A stretch of DNA of 63,923 nt, the filler included, from Choristocarpus tenellus KU-1152 (Eukaryota > Protista > Phaeophyceae), in NCBI GenBank assembly GCA_964200185.2. It is 12 parts of 12 records of this genome, joined end to end, with 100 filler letters (N's around TTAATTAATTAA, not from the genome) between each part and the next. Parts side by side here need not be neighbours in the genome. Positions count along the whole stretch, not along the records: positions 42,444 to 47,804 come from CAXNAD020011038.1; positions 47,905 to 50,660 come from CAXNAD020025017.1; positions 50,761 to 53,821 come from CAXNAD020022604.1; positions 53,922 to 58,429 come from CAXNAD020014235.1; 8 more parts are not named here. One strand, written 5' to 3'. The notes beneath the pieces are model-generated. The model had not been told where the DNA came from, searched no databases, and was given only the letters and a program-made list of their open reading frames with translations. Positions 45,039 to 57,980 of the stretch are shown here, in pieces; positions within the stretch are counted from its first letter, which is position 1, and every line of letters begins with the position of its first letter. The position numbers and the translations under genes were made by a program.

Positions 45039-46223
45039 TTGAGTATATTGACCCTAAGCGCCAAATATAAAAGTCTCGGTTGTATCCCTGCAGCACTGTC
45101 CATCCTGTGTGTTCACACAATGAACACAAGTCAACAGAGCATTTCTTAGTCAGATAGAAAACCCATGCAAGTGCAATTTGCCCACAATGAGTCAACCGAT
45201 AGAATTATCTGTTCAAGGTGCAGAACATCCCGAATGACACCACTGGAAGATGCTCAACCTGTTAATCATTTTAAGTCTTATGGGAAGTGTCAATTCATGT
45301 TGTTGAGTACCCAACAACCAAGCGTGTTAATGCAGGCATGTGTTCAGAATCGCTCCCCAAGGCCTGCCCAACCTTCCCAGTCTACAGCTCTTACCACTCT
45401 GCACTGGGCGTGTGTTTGTACACATAAAGGTATGTGTATGTACATGTACCTTCCATGAGCGGAAATAGAAGAAAGGCGGCATCACCGTTCTCGACCACGA
45501 ACAACGCCCAGTCCAACAGTGGCATCAAATTAGGGTGGGTAAATTCCCTGTGTGCACGCATCTCAGCCAACGCCTGTTCTCTTTGCTCTTCAACCTATCG
45601 TTCAACATTGAGGTAGCAAAAATGCATGGTAGTTAGAAGAATGTCGACCATGGGATGGAAAAAAAAGGACAACAAGAAAGCAAGAGAAAAGAACAGCAAC
45701 TGGGGAGAACAGGGTGTCCTAGGGGTAACCTTTCTTCAACCAACAGAGTGAAGTCGATAATGGGTCGTCATCGACCAAGTATCTGTGTTACCTCGCCGAA
45801 ATAACTGCATGGCTGGAGATTGATAATCAGGGGTGATCCTTTACGATGAAAGAATGGTACCTAGCACAATAAAGAAGGTGCCAAAGCGGCACCAAGCAAT
45901 GAGAACGCCCAAAAGAGGGCGCCATTCGCGACACAGTATGTAGTCTGTAGGACAGCACCTACCATCTATCTGGACGCCACGACAAAATATGATAGGCTTT
46001 CTTGGCATATCCAGCAACGGACCTGGCAAATTATCTTCTTGAGCGCGTAACGCTCCCTTGTACGCGTGTTGTGAGCAGGGTAGACAAAGGAAAAACCACC
46101 CTCTGCGAGTGCGGTGGTGCTGTACTTTACCCTGTGCGTAGCATCAATGGAATGCATTGGAAGGAGGCATTTGGCCTGAATCGAGAATCTTTTTTCCAAC
46201 CGTATGGATATGGGCCAAGACAT
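43734..46223 (-). CDS. STK16: NAK-family Ser/Thr kinase, STK16-like (N-terminal part). Exons ~46223-46023, 45594-45450, 44771-44633, 43818-43734
   Basis: LAEGGFSFVY, YALKKIICQ, alpha-C Glu in AEMRAHREFTHPNLMPLLD, GSL, WAHRDIKPENVML, IMDFGSM. Downstream exons not found; start codon tentative. Confidence 0.8.
43936..44038. repeat. 35-bp tandem repeat x3 containing GGGTTAGGGTTAGG
   Basis: AACACGACCACAATCAAAGGGTTAGGGTTAGGAGT at 43936, 43971, 44006. Confidence 0.9.
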
Positions 46224-46899
46224 GAGTTCGTGGCACACATTGGGTGTGGGCGTACGGTTGGATTGTTGATGCAAACATGCGAGGTGCATGCAGCACTTAG
46301 AGCAACTATCTAGCCCAATAAAATATAGTATTCAACTAAATTTAAATGATATACTGAAGTGATAGAAGCAGTAAGATGAGCTTGCACTCCCGGACTGCCA
46401 ATCGCCATTACTCCAAAATAAGTTTTTGTCGCACCTCGTCCCATTCTGCATTGTGATCATCTTGGAGCCCCGCCCAGTCAACAATTGAAGTGGTTTTACC
46501 AGCATGAGCAAAATTTCCCACATCCACAACGCTAATGTCCATGTGTAGAACACAACATCGCACCAGATGTCATCAGCCCAGGTACTCCTGCTCGAAAACA
46601 GCCCCAACAAATTACCGAAAAGTGGTAGAACAGAATAAGGTCCAGTTTCCCTTTCAATGGTATCCATTGCAATCTACCACACTGCTACTATTAGTAAGAC
46701 TGGTAAAAATTCTCACCTTGATCCAGGCATACCCCGTCACTACGTGTGTTGATCGCTACTCGATTCAATATTTCAAGGACCAAGTGACCTCCAACTCTGA
46801 TCAAGTGAGATTACTCTTGGTGGAATCGAAAACCAAAACATCGAAGGCGTGTCCACCACGATTCCGATTGATGTATTTTCAATTTTACATCAGTACTAT

Positions 46900-47350
46900 G
46901 ATGGAAAATAAGATCAGACAGATTGTACCAACTAGATTGGTATCGTCTAAGGTCATCCCAAGTTGTTGCGCAATTGCTCCAAGTTACTTGAAACAAAAAG
47001 AACTTCATGACGAACAGTAATTATGATTTCTGAACCGACACTCCACAGTGGACAAATGTGCAATGTTCATGTCTCCAACAGGTCGACAGGGAAAGCCATG
47101 TACCCCTTTGCACATGTTTTAGATAGATAGAAAACATATGGGTATATCGATCGTAACCTCTTGTGGGCTGTGCTGGTATAAATTATCGTACTTGAGAAGA
47201 TTACTTCCATTATGTACTAATTCTGTGGTGGAATGAGGACAAGTGTTCGCATGGATGATGGCGAGCACACAGAGTTGCTTGAGGTTGGACAGGGTTTGCG
47301 ACAGGGATGCGTTCTTCCTTCAAAACTCTTCGATATCTTCTTCACTGCAC
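46900..47350 (+). mobile_element. RTE-like LINE reverse-transcriptase remnant
   Basis: ...IDRNLLWAVL...GMRTSVRMDDGEHTELLEVGQGLRQGCVLPSKLFDIFF. Confidence 0.75.
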
Positions 47351-48996
47351 GCAATGTCCAGTGTTGTAGTAAAGGAGGTATGAAAGGTTGAGAAGCCACG
47401 TAGGTACTCACCCCACTCATATTTGCGATTGATTGCACAATTATTCTGTTTGAATTTCAAGTTTTTGTTAGTTTTAATTTGTCTTAGTCTTAGCGTTGGG
47501 GATAGGGTTAGAATAAGTAGTTAGACCCATCAATCAAATCATGGATTAACTCGTTTGTACTTCACAAACCATTGATTGGAAAGAAAAATATGTACAAATA
47601 GTTGTATGTGAACATCGAAGGAGTGAGTGGTGAAGACACAAAATTTTCTATCCAGGAATCTTGTACCACAAATCATGTTGTGAATACAACTCAGTTTTGA
47701 TGTACAAATATAACCCGATTTATGGATATAGCGATAACAGCCGATTTCAAAAATTGAGGATGGAGCTTTTCATTGAGGATGGGCTTGACCCAAAATTGAC
47801 TGGGNNNNNNNNNNNNNNNNNNNNNNNNNNNNNNNNNNNNNNNNNNNNTTAATTAATTAANNNNNNNNNNNNNNNNNNNNNNNNNNNNNNNNNNNNNNNN
47901 NNNNGGTGTTCGATTAGACTCTTCCCAACTCTATCGGATAGTTACGCTAAAATATGTATGGAGTAAGGGAACAATCAATTAGTGGTTGAGATATCAGAAC
48001 ATTTTACTAGTGATTAGTTGAATGAGAATTTTTCACATATAGAAGGAAATATTTATGATTTTATGGGGCCTTGCATGCCCCACCTAAATTTAATCAATTA
48101 CTCTACGGACACCAAGCAATCTCGTCGGGTTTATCACCTTTATCCTCTTTGATGATTTTGGGGATACTTTAACAACATATTCTCTGCTAACTGCAGTCGG
48201 CAAGAAAGCCGGTATCGCGGTTATCGTGACCATGATCACTACTTCATGGCACAGCATCTTGCTTGGCCATCCTCTCTTCGATTGCATTGCATCCAGTGCA
48301 CGGAAGAAATATACGTGAGGATAGCACAGGGAGAAGAAGCACGAACTTAGACAATGGATGAGGAACAGGACAAATCCCAAAACTCCCTAGCTGCAATGAA
48401 AGCTCAAACCAAAAGTGGAACGACTGTTTGTACTGGATGAAACGTCAGATGTAAGGGTATGACACTACAACTAACAAACTCATCCATGTATGTAGAACAT
48501 GTAGAAGAAAGAGATCATTTCATAATATTAAACTTGTAAGGAGTTGGAAGAGAAACATCAAATCGAAGTGAGTCAACGTAGTTGTTATGTATGTGTGATC
48601 GTTCATCATTTGTCAACCCTAACCCAATAACATGTAGGAATTGCATTTTGTCCCAACAATGTTTTCTTGGTAGTTTGAAGTAAACTTGAAATTACACAAG
48701 ATGTGAAAATGTCATTTCTGTCCATGAATGCATGCATCAATATCTTACCTGTTGGTGGATAGCGTTTCCAACTCCAGTTTCTTACTTGAAGCACACACCC
48801 AAAACAAAGAGACGTACAATAGTGACGATATGCTGATGCCGACTCACGATTTCTTCGTCAACAGAAATCGATAATTTTCTGGGCTAGCCCCACTTCAAGA
48901 AAAAAAGGGACGAGGTGTGTATTTTATTAGATGGTAAATATAGTATGTATGTACAGTTGAGTACTACACAACACAAAATACAATATATTACACTTT

Positions 48997-49309
48997 TGTG
49001 AAACAGATGGAAAGAAGCCGACAGGTTCTTCGTAATGAAGAGGAGCGGGAAGATCCACAGGAGGTAAGGGCAAAGAGAGAGACAAGTCAGGAGGGAGAGC
49101 AATCCCTAAAAAGATAACCCAGGAAAGGAATGATCAAAGTGGTAACTGAATGAGGGGGATTTGGCAAGGTCCCTTTAAACCACCCGATCTTACTTCAAGC
49201 AGAGGTTACCTTCAACATGCAAGAACAATTTTCATATGAATATATCAGAATCTTCAAGATAGGTTTACCTTCAGGGTGGGTATACCTTCTGTGGAAGATG
49301 GCTCTCACA
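48997..49309 (+). mobile_element. Solo-LTR-like repeat
   Basis: TGTGAAAC...CTCTCACA; homolog of 20892-21191. Confidence 0.7.
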
Positions 49310-49589
49310 TTTTTACAAATTGTACTTCCTGCACTCAGAATTCAATCTAACATAAATTTTGCACCTTGGATGAAGGAGCAAGATTTCTTTCACATATATG
49401 CATAATTTGTGGGCGTCTTGTGTAGACACTGAAAGGTTGCTCACCAAAATCTCAAGCAAAATGGGACAGTCGACACCTATCTATGATTCCACCCCCAATG
49501 CCCTCCAGAGTTCCATTATAGCACAGTATTTCGTCGCATCCATCAGGGCATTTGGGGGAGATCTTGCCCGCCTTCTCAGCCTTTTCCTT

Positions 49590-50580
49590 GCTAAGATGAG
49601 GAATTTTGAAAGACGATGTAACTTGTGCACCCCAGCAATTCACTGTAGACTGGAAAGAGGCTCTGCCAGACGTGCTTTACTGTCTCCCATGGGTACACAT
49701 CGAACTCCTCCATTGTGGGCTCCGCCAGCTCCTCTATGTTTGTCTCCTCCACGCCTTCTTCAGTTGCTGGATGGAATGAAAGAATCTCATGTCGTTGATG
49801 TTGAGGTCGGGTGAGTTGGCTGACTGGGTCTCTATGACAGTGCTGTCCCCCACCGCCTCCTCCATTTCCTCCATGTTCCTCCCATTGGCGTGTTGCCATG
49901 CCCCGTCTTGCTGCACGAAGATGGTGTGTCCTTCCGCCCTAGAGGGATGAGGGCCTTGATTGCCGAAACAGCATCCCCAATCATGAGCTTGTTATACCTC
50001 TCCCCGTCCACCATGGTTGGCACAATCACCTTGGGCTAGTGTTTGGTGGAGCGCTGAGAGACCTTAGTGTTCATGATTGACCAGATCCTGATTTTCCCAT
50101 CGAACCACACCCCGTTGGAGAGCTTCCTAGGACGGACAACAGCAAGGAACATCACCTTCGTAATGTAACATTTCTTGTGCCCATGGAGGCTTGGCGGGGT
50201 GCTCTGAGTGGTGCAGGTACACACATTGCCCTTATTTGAGGATGTAAAATCACTTCTCATGCTTACCACCCAGTCATTTAGATCGTCCACTACTACCCCA
50301 ATTCCTCCTCTGCTGTGCATGTGACTGATGACGAAATCCATCCTGTCGACTTCCTGCTGGTCTGAGACGACTGGCTTAGTCGACCGGTTGAACTTCTTCA
50401 CCTTCTCACACTTGCACAGATCCCACAACGAGGCAAGGGAGACCCCAGTTTTGCCCACCCATTTTACGGAAGGATGTGCAGTGTACGAATGGGACGTATC
50501 CCACACATCAAGGATATTTGTACGGCAGCCACATTGCCCTTTGTGATGTCGTACAAGGTCCATACGTTCACCCTGTGTGA
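49590..50580 (-). mobile_element. Degenerate DD39D-like mariner transposase
   Basis: YITKVMFLAVVRPR...WFDGKIRIW, FVQQDGAWQH, QSANSPDLNINDMRFFHSIQQL; several stops and frameshifts. Confidence 0.85.
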
Positions 50581-50949
50581 CCTGGCTGTGAGTGAAAGTA
50601 TCTTAGAGGGTACGAGTTTTGCCCTGTTCGTCCATTTGGGACTTGGCTTCCCTTGGGGTTNNNNNNNNNNNNNNNNNNNNNNNNNNNNNNNNNNNNNNNN
50701 NNNNTTAATTAATTAANNNNNNNNNNNNNNNNNNNNNNNNNNNNNNNNNNNNNNNNNNNNGGGGGGGATAAGCCAATAGCAATAGTGAGGATGGCAATGA
50801 GATCCGAAGGGTGGGAATATTGAACTTACCACATCAAATAATGATGGACGGCTTCGCAATAGTGCCGAGAGGGCAGTGGAGGAAACAGCAGATTAGTAAT
50901 TAGTAACCAAAACACACACACAACTCCATTTACACACATGCCTTCACAC

Positions 50950-53740
50950 TAGTTGGCAGGGGACTGGGCAATGGAAATGATGTGGCAGCAAAGGCAGCCT
51001 TAGCATCAGCCTCATCTGCAAACACAACGTTGAAGGACCAGTCGCTCAGCCACTCCACATAACGAGGTCCAAACCCTTCAAAATATGCCTGTTATTAACA
51101 GAAGGAACACATCAACAAACAATGGTGGGTTACCAAGGAAGGGGGTAGAACATAAGGAGAGTGGGAAGGGGGAATTGCGCCCTAACTCAAGGGTATTTCA
51201 TCTTCAAGGCAAATGACAGTACACTTACACCCCTTTTGTACTAGCCTTATACCAAGCTAGACAAAATTCCTTTGCATTGTGTGTATCAGACAGAGACAGA
51301 GGGTAAAGAAGAAGAGAAAACAATCGACAGCAGGGGGGGGTGGGTGGAAGATCACAAAGAACAGCAGAAGCAGCGGTGCCACAATACGAGTACAAGACTA
51401 TCAAAACCACAGGGGTGCAGCCATTTTATGACAAAACACATAACATACAGTGGAATCAATATACCCAACTCAATCTGGTTCTATGAACATCCCTTCATCA
51501 GCTCTCCATCACCTCAACCATCACACCCATCAGGGGTCTGATGATTTCATCTACAAGAGCATACAAGAGGTCTAAGAGCACAACCCGCACCGAAGTACAC
51601 TCACTAACACAAAACAACTGGAAGATGCACCAAAACAACAGGGGGAGCAGCTGCACCAAACATAGATAGAAAAAGACATGACAAACAAAACCACCTGCAT
51701 AGTAAATATCGATAGAACTTCGGACATGCAACTGTCTTAATCACCACAACAGAACAGAACATAATCATTTCATTTCGACCCTCTGGGGCATCAGAGCATC
51801 CTGGTAATAGATGCATAAAAGCGAAAACATCTGGATATCCATCTTGAGTTCTTGCCTTCACATCATTGTCACGAATCTTGCCGCACACCTCCTTGTCTAA
51901 GCTAAACACATGCACCTTGTGGGTCATCAGCTTAGCCTGGAAGGATGATTCAACACGAAGGGTTAGGGTTAGGGTTAGGGGTTGACACAGAGATGACAGG
52001 GGCAAATGCATTGAACTACCAACAAAGGAACGTAAGTGAATGACCGGTAGATGAGTGAAACTGTTAAGCAAAAAAAAATAATCTCTTGTCAGCCCTCCCA
52101 TAGCTAAATACTAGAGCAGGGCTTGCAAACTTCCTCCTTCAGAGCACCTGTACCATCCACCACTTGATGGCAACGGGACAGAAGTTCTGGCATTCACAAC
52201 AAATAAACACGTCAGCTCACAACTATGAAAAACACAAATACACACTTCTTTCACACGAATTACACTTTTCGCCACTCCTAGAACTACAATATACCATGGG
52301 CATTGCTATCCCCAGAGTGCACACAACGCCATTGGGACTATGGGCGTCATCACCATCTTCCACCTAACATTCTCCCCTACAAATTTATCCTCTTAACCAA
52401 AGAAGAGTATCCACACCAAAAAATGTGTGTGCTTGTGACCTACGCCAAGACAAAAAAAAGAAAATGTGCACGAGGTTTGAAATGAGTACATGCATGCTAC
52501 AGAGACTATTTCAATGGACATACACATCGATGCTTGTAATATGTTCTATATATTTTGGTATAAAAGGAGCAGAGCACTATATTATAGGTAAGAAACTATC
52601 CCACAGCCTAGAAGGGGAGCATCCGATTTTCCTCACCCCAGGAATTGGGTCTGCCCTGTCAGGGTCCTCAATAAACACATCTGCTGGCCTCAAGCCTTGC
52701 TCGTCCACCTGAACACTCCACATCTGATCCTGCACACCAAACCTCGATGCCCGAGCCGATCTTGCCTCATCAGTCATCACTGGGTCCATAAGGGGGGGGG
52801 GGCGGGGGGGTTGGAAGTGCACACAAGGAAGAGTCGATGGATATCCTAACTTCAAGGAAATATTTACCGTACAAGGTGGTTGAGAATAAAACTCAGCTAT
52901 TCAAGTTTAGACAGCGAATGTTTAGCTGTGGAATTAGGAGGGCACCTGCAAAGATAGGTTTGAGATTACTCACAATCTACATGCATTCTACTAACCCCTT
53001 AGTTACCTCCCTGTGTGCCTTCTTTCCTCCCATTTCCCTCCACCAGCAGAGGAAAATACTCCTAGACTCCCCCCAGATAACCGCACAACCAAATTTCCAC
53101 TCTTAACATAACAGTGAAAGCCAACAATCTTACTTTTTCTGACAGTTACATCTTATTAACCCTCACAAATAGAGCAAAGGGGGGGAACGGGCGAACAGGA
53201 ACAGCACCTGTCACCAACAGACCAAGACGCTTGTATCTGATACTCACTCTCAACCAGAAGAGGATCTACCAATGTACTTGGGGCTGCCTTGTGCACCTTG
53301 TCCACTGATCCTGATTCATTCAGTTGAAACCTAGAGCACATCATGAAGGGTTGGAGGTACAGGTAGAGTCACAGAAGGAGAACTAGCACTACATAAATTG
53401 ATGAAACCACCTAGGCGCCATTCACCTCCCCACCAAACTTCAATATAGCTTTGAAACTCGCACGGCCAAACAAGCCATACCATCTCTATACTAAAGCAAC
53501 CTTCAACCACCTTCAAAATAACACAACGAATCATGTGCCCTCTATCTTGTCTCTCCTGTTTTTATCTGCCCTGCCTGCCCTCATCTCCCTCACCTCTGAG
53601 CTCGTTCTTTTAGTTTATCCCTCTCTTCCTTGCTCTCTCTATCAATACCCCCCACGTGCTCTGTGTGCCAGCTGAGGCGCTTAGCTAGAGTCCAAGATAT
53701 CCACTCCTGGATGAGCGGAGGAGTGTATGGAGTCGAGAAC
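50950..53740 (-). CDS. NCBP3: Nuclear cap-binding protein subunit 3-like (partial). Exons 53740-53594, 53330-53248, 52779-52637, 51936-51856, 51088-~50950
   Basis: GIDRESKEERDKLKERAQRF; KVHVFSLD...DVK|AYFEGFGPRYVEWLSDWSFNVVFADEADAKAAF matches the NCBP3/DUF2414 RRM-like pattern. Phases are consistent. Confidence 0.75.
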
Positions 53741-54641
53741 CTGCGCCAACGGGGCAGTGATAAAATGATGTGGTACAATGTGTCCCACATACATGTGCAA
53801 AAAAACCAGGGGGGGGGGGGGNNNNNNNNNNNNNNNNNNNNNNNNNNNNNNNNNNNNNNNNNNNNTTAATTAATTAANNNNNNNNNNNNNNNNNNNNNNN
53901 NNNNNNNNNNNNNNNNNNNNNTAGTGATGAAACTGTATGTTTTGAAATAACAGAAAAAAAAAAAATTAAACAAAAACGGTCCCCCCCACAAAAAACAACC
54001 CCCCCCCCCCCCCAGATACTTTGACCCAAGTTGTGATCGTATACCGTGGAGGGCAGTATGCATGCGATGTGGATACTTACATACTAAAAGAATCATTACT
54101 TAGCGAATGGGCCAACGGTCGACACTAGTTGATCATACTGAGCTGCATCTATTAATCATGGAGGAAGTAGCCTATCCTTTTACACAATTACTACGCAGAG
54201 TGCAATGGGAAGTTTGAATGACATACTGTCCAAATTGGAATGTATGCCATGTGGATACTTTCAAGCTAAGGAACCATTACTAGTGGACAGACCAGCTATC
54301 ACCAGTAGTTGGTGATACTGAACTGCTCCTAGGAAGCACAGAGGGAGTAGCCAGTATTATATTACAATATGAAAACAAAATCTAGGGTCCTGCAAGCACT
54401 GTATTAGGTGAACTCAGCTGCACCCCTATGTCATTCCGTTTCAGTTTTGGTTCCATCCCAAATAATCATGCCAAAAAATGAAAATTTTAGTAACGTACAG
54501 AATGCATAATTTGGTGAAGGACTTGGAACCTACAGAACAACAAAAATGACATTAAGTTATACTGCCCCAAAATAATACACCAATTCAATTAGATACACCT
54601 CTACTTTGTGAGAGATGAAACATGCCAATTGCACCTAGCAG

Positions 54642-57600
54642 GTAGGCCAGGACACAGCAGAAAAGGGAGTACTGAATCTGAAGGGGGTAGGAAGAGAAAG
54701 GGTGAACCTGACAATGAGGAGCGAGGATCAGGAGTATTGGTTTGGGGCAGCCCAAAAAAGGAGGAAAGGTAGGTCCATCAGCTCTAATCCAGTCTTTCCA
54801 CTTAGCCATATTTGCACAACTAGTCCTAACTGTAGAAGAACATTTGAGAATTTTTTACTTATACGACATGCAGAGAACCTAAGTTCAAATCTAACATAAA
54901 CGTACTCCTGTCTGAAACCTCACCCCAACACTAACTCCCAAACCCTATGTGTTACATTCCATCGCAGGGATGTGTCTGTTGGGGAGGGTTCTGAGGGAGG
55001 AGTGGTGGAAAGTAAGGCTCCGGCAGGAGATGTCATGTCAGACAGCGACCCCACGTCCAATGTTGATGTGATTGACTTCTCTGATATGAAGGTAGGGAGT
55101 TAGACAATGTCTTACACGTCAAGAGGAATGCAAGTACATATTGCCCTACGTTACCCAGTGGCATTGTTGCTCTGTTACAAAATTTCCACCCACCCCAAGA
55201 CTAACACTTTGAGCACTACCATACAGTATCTCCACTACAAAGTACCAGTCCTTTCTTAACCCATTATCTGTTCCCGTGTTCAGCGGTTCCTGATGGAGCC
55301 TTGTCCGAGGACAGCAGGGGAAATACAGTGCTACATTAAGAGGAATAAGTCCAGGTCCAACAAACTGTTCCCAGAGTACCACTTATACATGAAGGTTAGA
55401 TAAAGGGCTGTGTAGGCTCAAAGTATCTGGTGGTGGTGGGGGGTCTACACCATGGTGTCCATTTGGGCCCTGACCAGGAAAAGTGCACTTACATTATCCA
55501 TCTGACGCATGGAACCAAATCACCCAAAAACGCGACATGGAAAAATGAGCCCCGAATTGACAGCCACCATACACACCCCAGATACTATATATAAAACATT
55601 TTCAGGGTAACATTCTCAGTGGAGTTTTGGCATTTTCCATTTGATTTAGAAACCCCTCCCACCTAAAGGTGACAGTGCTATGTGTGGACTAACCACATCC
55701 AGCACATAGATTGAATGATAATTTAGAACTGCGACATTTTCAGTGGAGTTTTGGCATTTTCGACTTGATTTAGAAATCCCTCCCACCTAAAGGCGAGAAC
55801 GCTTGTAGTGGACTAATCACATCCAATACATAGAATATTTTTTAGAAATATGACATTTCTGAACACATTCCGAATTACTGCCTGTAGTTTGTAAGAGCTT
55901 TAGGTTTTGAGATAGTGGTAGGGGCAAGATTGAGACCGAGGAAAAATTCCAATTGAGATGTTCTGCATTGGACTCATTCTCTGATGACAGGCATCAACCA
56001 TTTGCTAAGGAGCATCCACAACTTAACCAAACTCTGAACCCAAACTCATAGTTTTCGGTCCAATCCAACCCTCCCAACAATCTGTAATTTGGAGATCCGA
56101 TGTATCCAATATTGTCATCCTATAGCACTCTAAAGACCAAACCTTCAAATCATCTCACTCATCTTCTGTTATGATATGAACCAGCTCCACTTAGTTTGCG
56201 GTCACTGAGGTTAGGATAAGGGTCAAGTCTCGATTTCCTATTCACACAACTGATTTCCACCTGGTATATCTACAACACAACCCAAGACTGCTACAACACT
56301 AGGCGGGTAGTAAACCTTGTGCAGTGTATACATACCTTTGGTTCAATACAATGTTGAAGTTATTCTGTTGGTGAGGTGTTGCTCTTGTCACATGCCCCTA
56401 AACCCACCAACCCTATCGCCATTTATAGTCTCATGGCTCCCAAGTCTCAATGTGTGAGTTCTATCAGCAACCAGCATCTTGCCCATCCAAACTCACCTCA
56501 GGAGGGAGACCAGTTCTTGATGTGCTCAAAAAAGCGTCCAAACAACAAAACCTCTAATTATCTTGTCTCTATGCGAGCGGGAGACTTCGACAGAGACTCC
56601 AAGAACTACCTGGGGAAGCTGAGGGCTAACTTTGTCGGCACTGAGTTCCAGGTTTTTCTTACATCAACGATTTTTTTTTGTACATATTTGCATAGTTTGG
56701 TGAGCAGGTAGGGAAACACAAAGAGTGTGCATGGGAGAGATAATAAAAGATATGTACTATTTGACTTTTAACCCGATAGTTTCCCTGTAGTCTAAAATAT
56801 ATTAGGTGTTAGAGTATTCACAAGGCTTGTTTGATATAGTCGTCAGCTTAGGAGGAGAAAGGATTGACTCATTTGGTTTTTCTTCCCACACTTATCTTGC
56901 TATCTTTGTGGCCAAGGCAGACCAAATTTCACTAGATTCTCTGATAAATTGCCCCAAGCGAAGGATAAGGGCTTGCTGCAAGTAGTGCATAGATTAGAAT
57001 TGACTGGTTATGAAGGAATCACTACATATCTCTCCTGTACTAATACACTCTACAAAGCAAAATCCTCACTTCCAAAATAACATATCCCGACCACCTATTC
57101 TCCACAAACCCCTCATGGCCAGCTCATTCCAAGAACAATACCTGCAAACTGGATGTGCTCAAATACTAGATCAATTCTATTTATGGTTCTTGGAACAGGT
57201 TCACGTTGAATCGTATTTGCACTGAGAGCATGACATCACCTTTAGGATAGTCTGCAGAACTACCAACTAAGAGGACAATCAGACTTTCCGACAAACATTC
57301 AATGGTTTGAGGGCAATAGGATGGTATACAATTCTTTTCAATTACCATCTCAAGTCTGATAGTCCACCTACAATTGACCGTACAGATTTTCATCGTATAT
57401 GTTGACTACTATTAGGGGGGGTATTGATCTTCCCTAAGCTCCTTGAGATTAACAGGTGCCGGGCATGTCCAACAGGGATACCCAAAGCCTAAAACGGGGT
57501 CCAGCCAAAGCTAAGAATGGAGTCAAACAGATTCCAATGAAGATAATGTTCTTCCAATGATGCTACCATCAATCACTGTCGAAACATCTTGTCCTCCCAT

Positions 57601-57980
57601 ACCGTCCCATCCATCAATCGCCAGCCCAAGAAAAATAGCACTTGCCAATATTGCCCCTTTCTGGATGTTTGTGATAGTGCGCATGAGTGAGGAAATGTGT
57701 TCATTATCCCTTGAATCTGATAAATAAACTCAAGAAAGAAACTTCCTTAAAAAATCCTTAATATATCCTCAAAACATCCCATATCATTTTTGTCCCATTG
57801 TAACCAAGTTCTCCAGCCTGACCCCCTGCACTAACATTTGCTTAAATTTAGGTTTTTGATTCTGGTGTAAATCCAAGGGACAGCCAATGGGGGGGCATAG
57901 AAGGGAGGGTTCGACTGGAACTTGGCTGCGTGCTCTATGCTTCCAATGTCTTGGGTTCCCGTGGACCTAGAAAGATGCAG
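54642..57980 (+). CDS. Tubby-like protein (partial). Exons 54642-54768, 54968-55091, 55284-55394, 56502-56651, 57852-57980
   Basis: EIQCYIKRNK...FPEYHLYMK|EGDQFLMCSKKRPNNKTSNYLVS...YLGKLRANFVGTEFQ|VFDSGVNP...YASNVLGSRGPRKMQ are Tubby C-terminal domain hallmarks. Confidence 0.92.
55415..55590. mobile_element. MITE family B copy in a Tubby intron
   Basis: GGCTCAAAGTATCTGG...CCCCAGATACT. Partial copies at contig ends 9116-9135, 27765-27836, 53990-54027, 58530-58566. Confidence 0.75.
55611..55860. repeat. Two-copy ~124-bp tandem duplication
   Basis: CAGTGGAGTTTTGGCATTTTC...CCCTCCCACCTAAAGG...GTGGACTAA occurs twice. Confidence 0.85.

Noticed and set aside
42459-45080. Long poly-G tracts and Gly/Pro-rich ORFs; duplicated segment around the gap at ~44980
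   Set aside because: They are adjacent to N gaps and typical of homopolymer or gap-flank assembly artefacts.
57000-57750. LINE endonuclease remnant in a Tubby intron (LIVVNIY on the minus strand)
   Set aside because: Only one weak motif; not supportable without a search.
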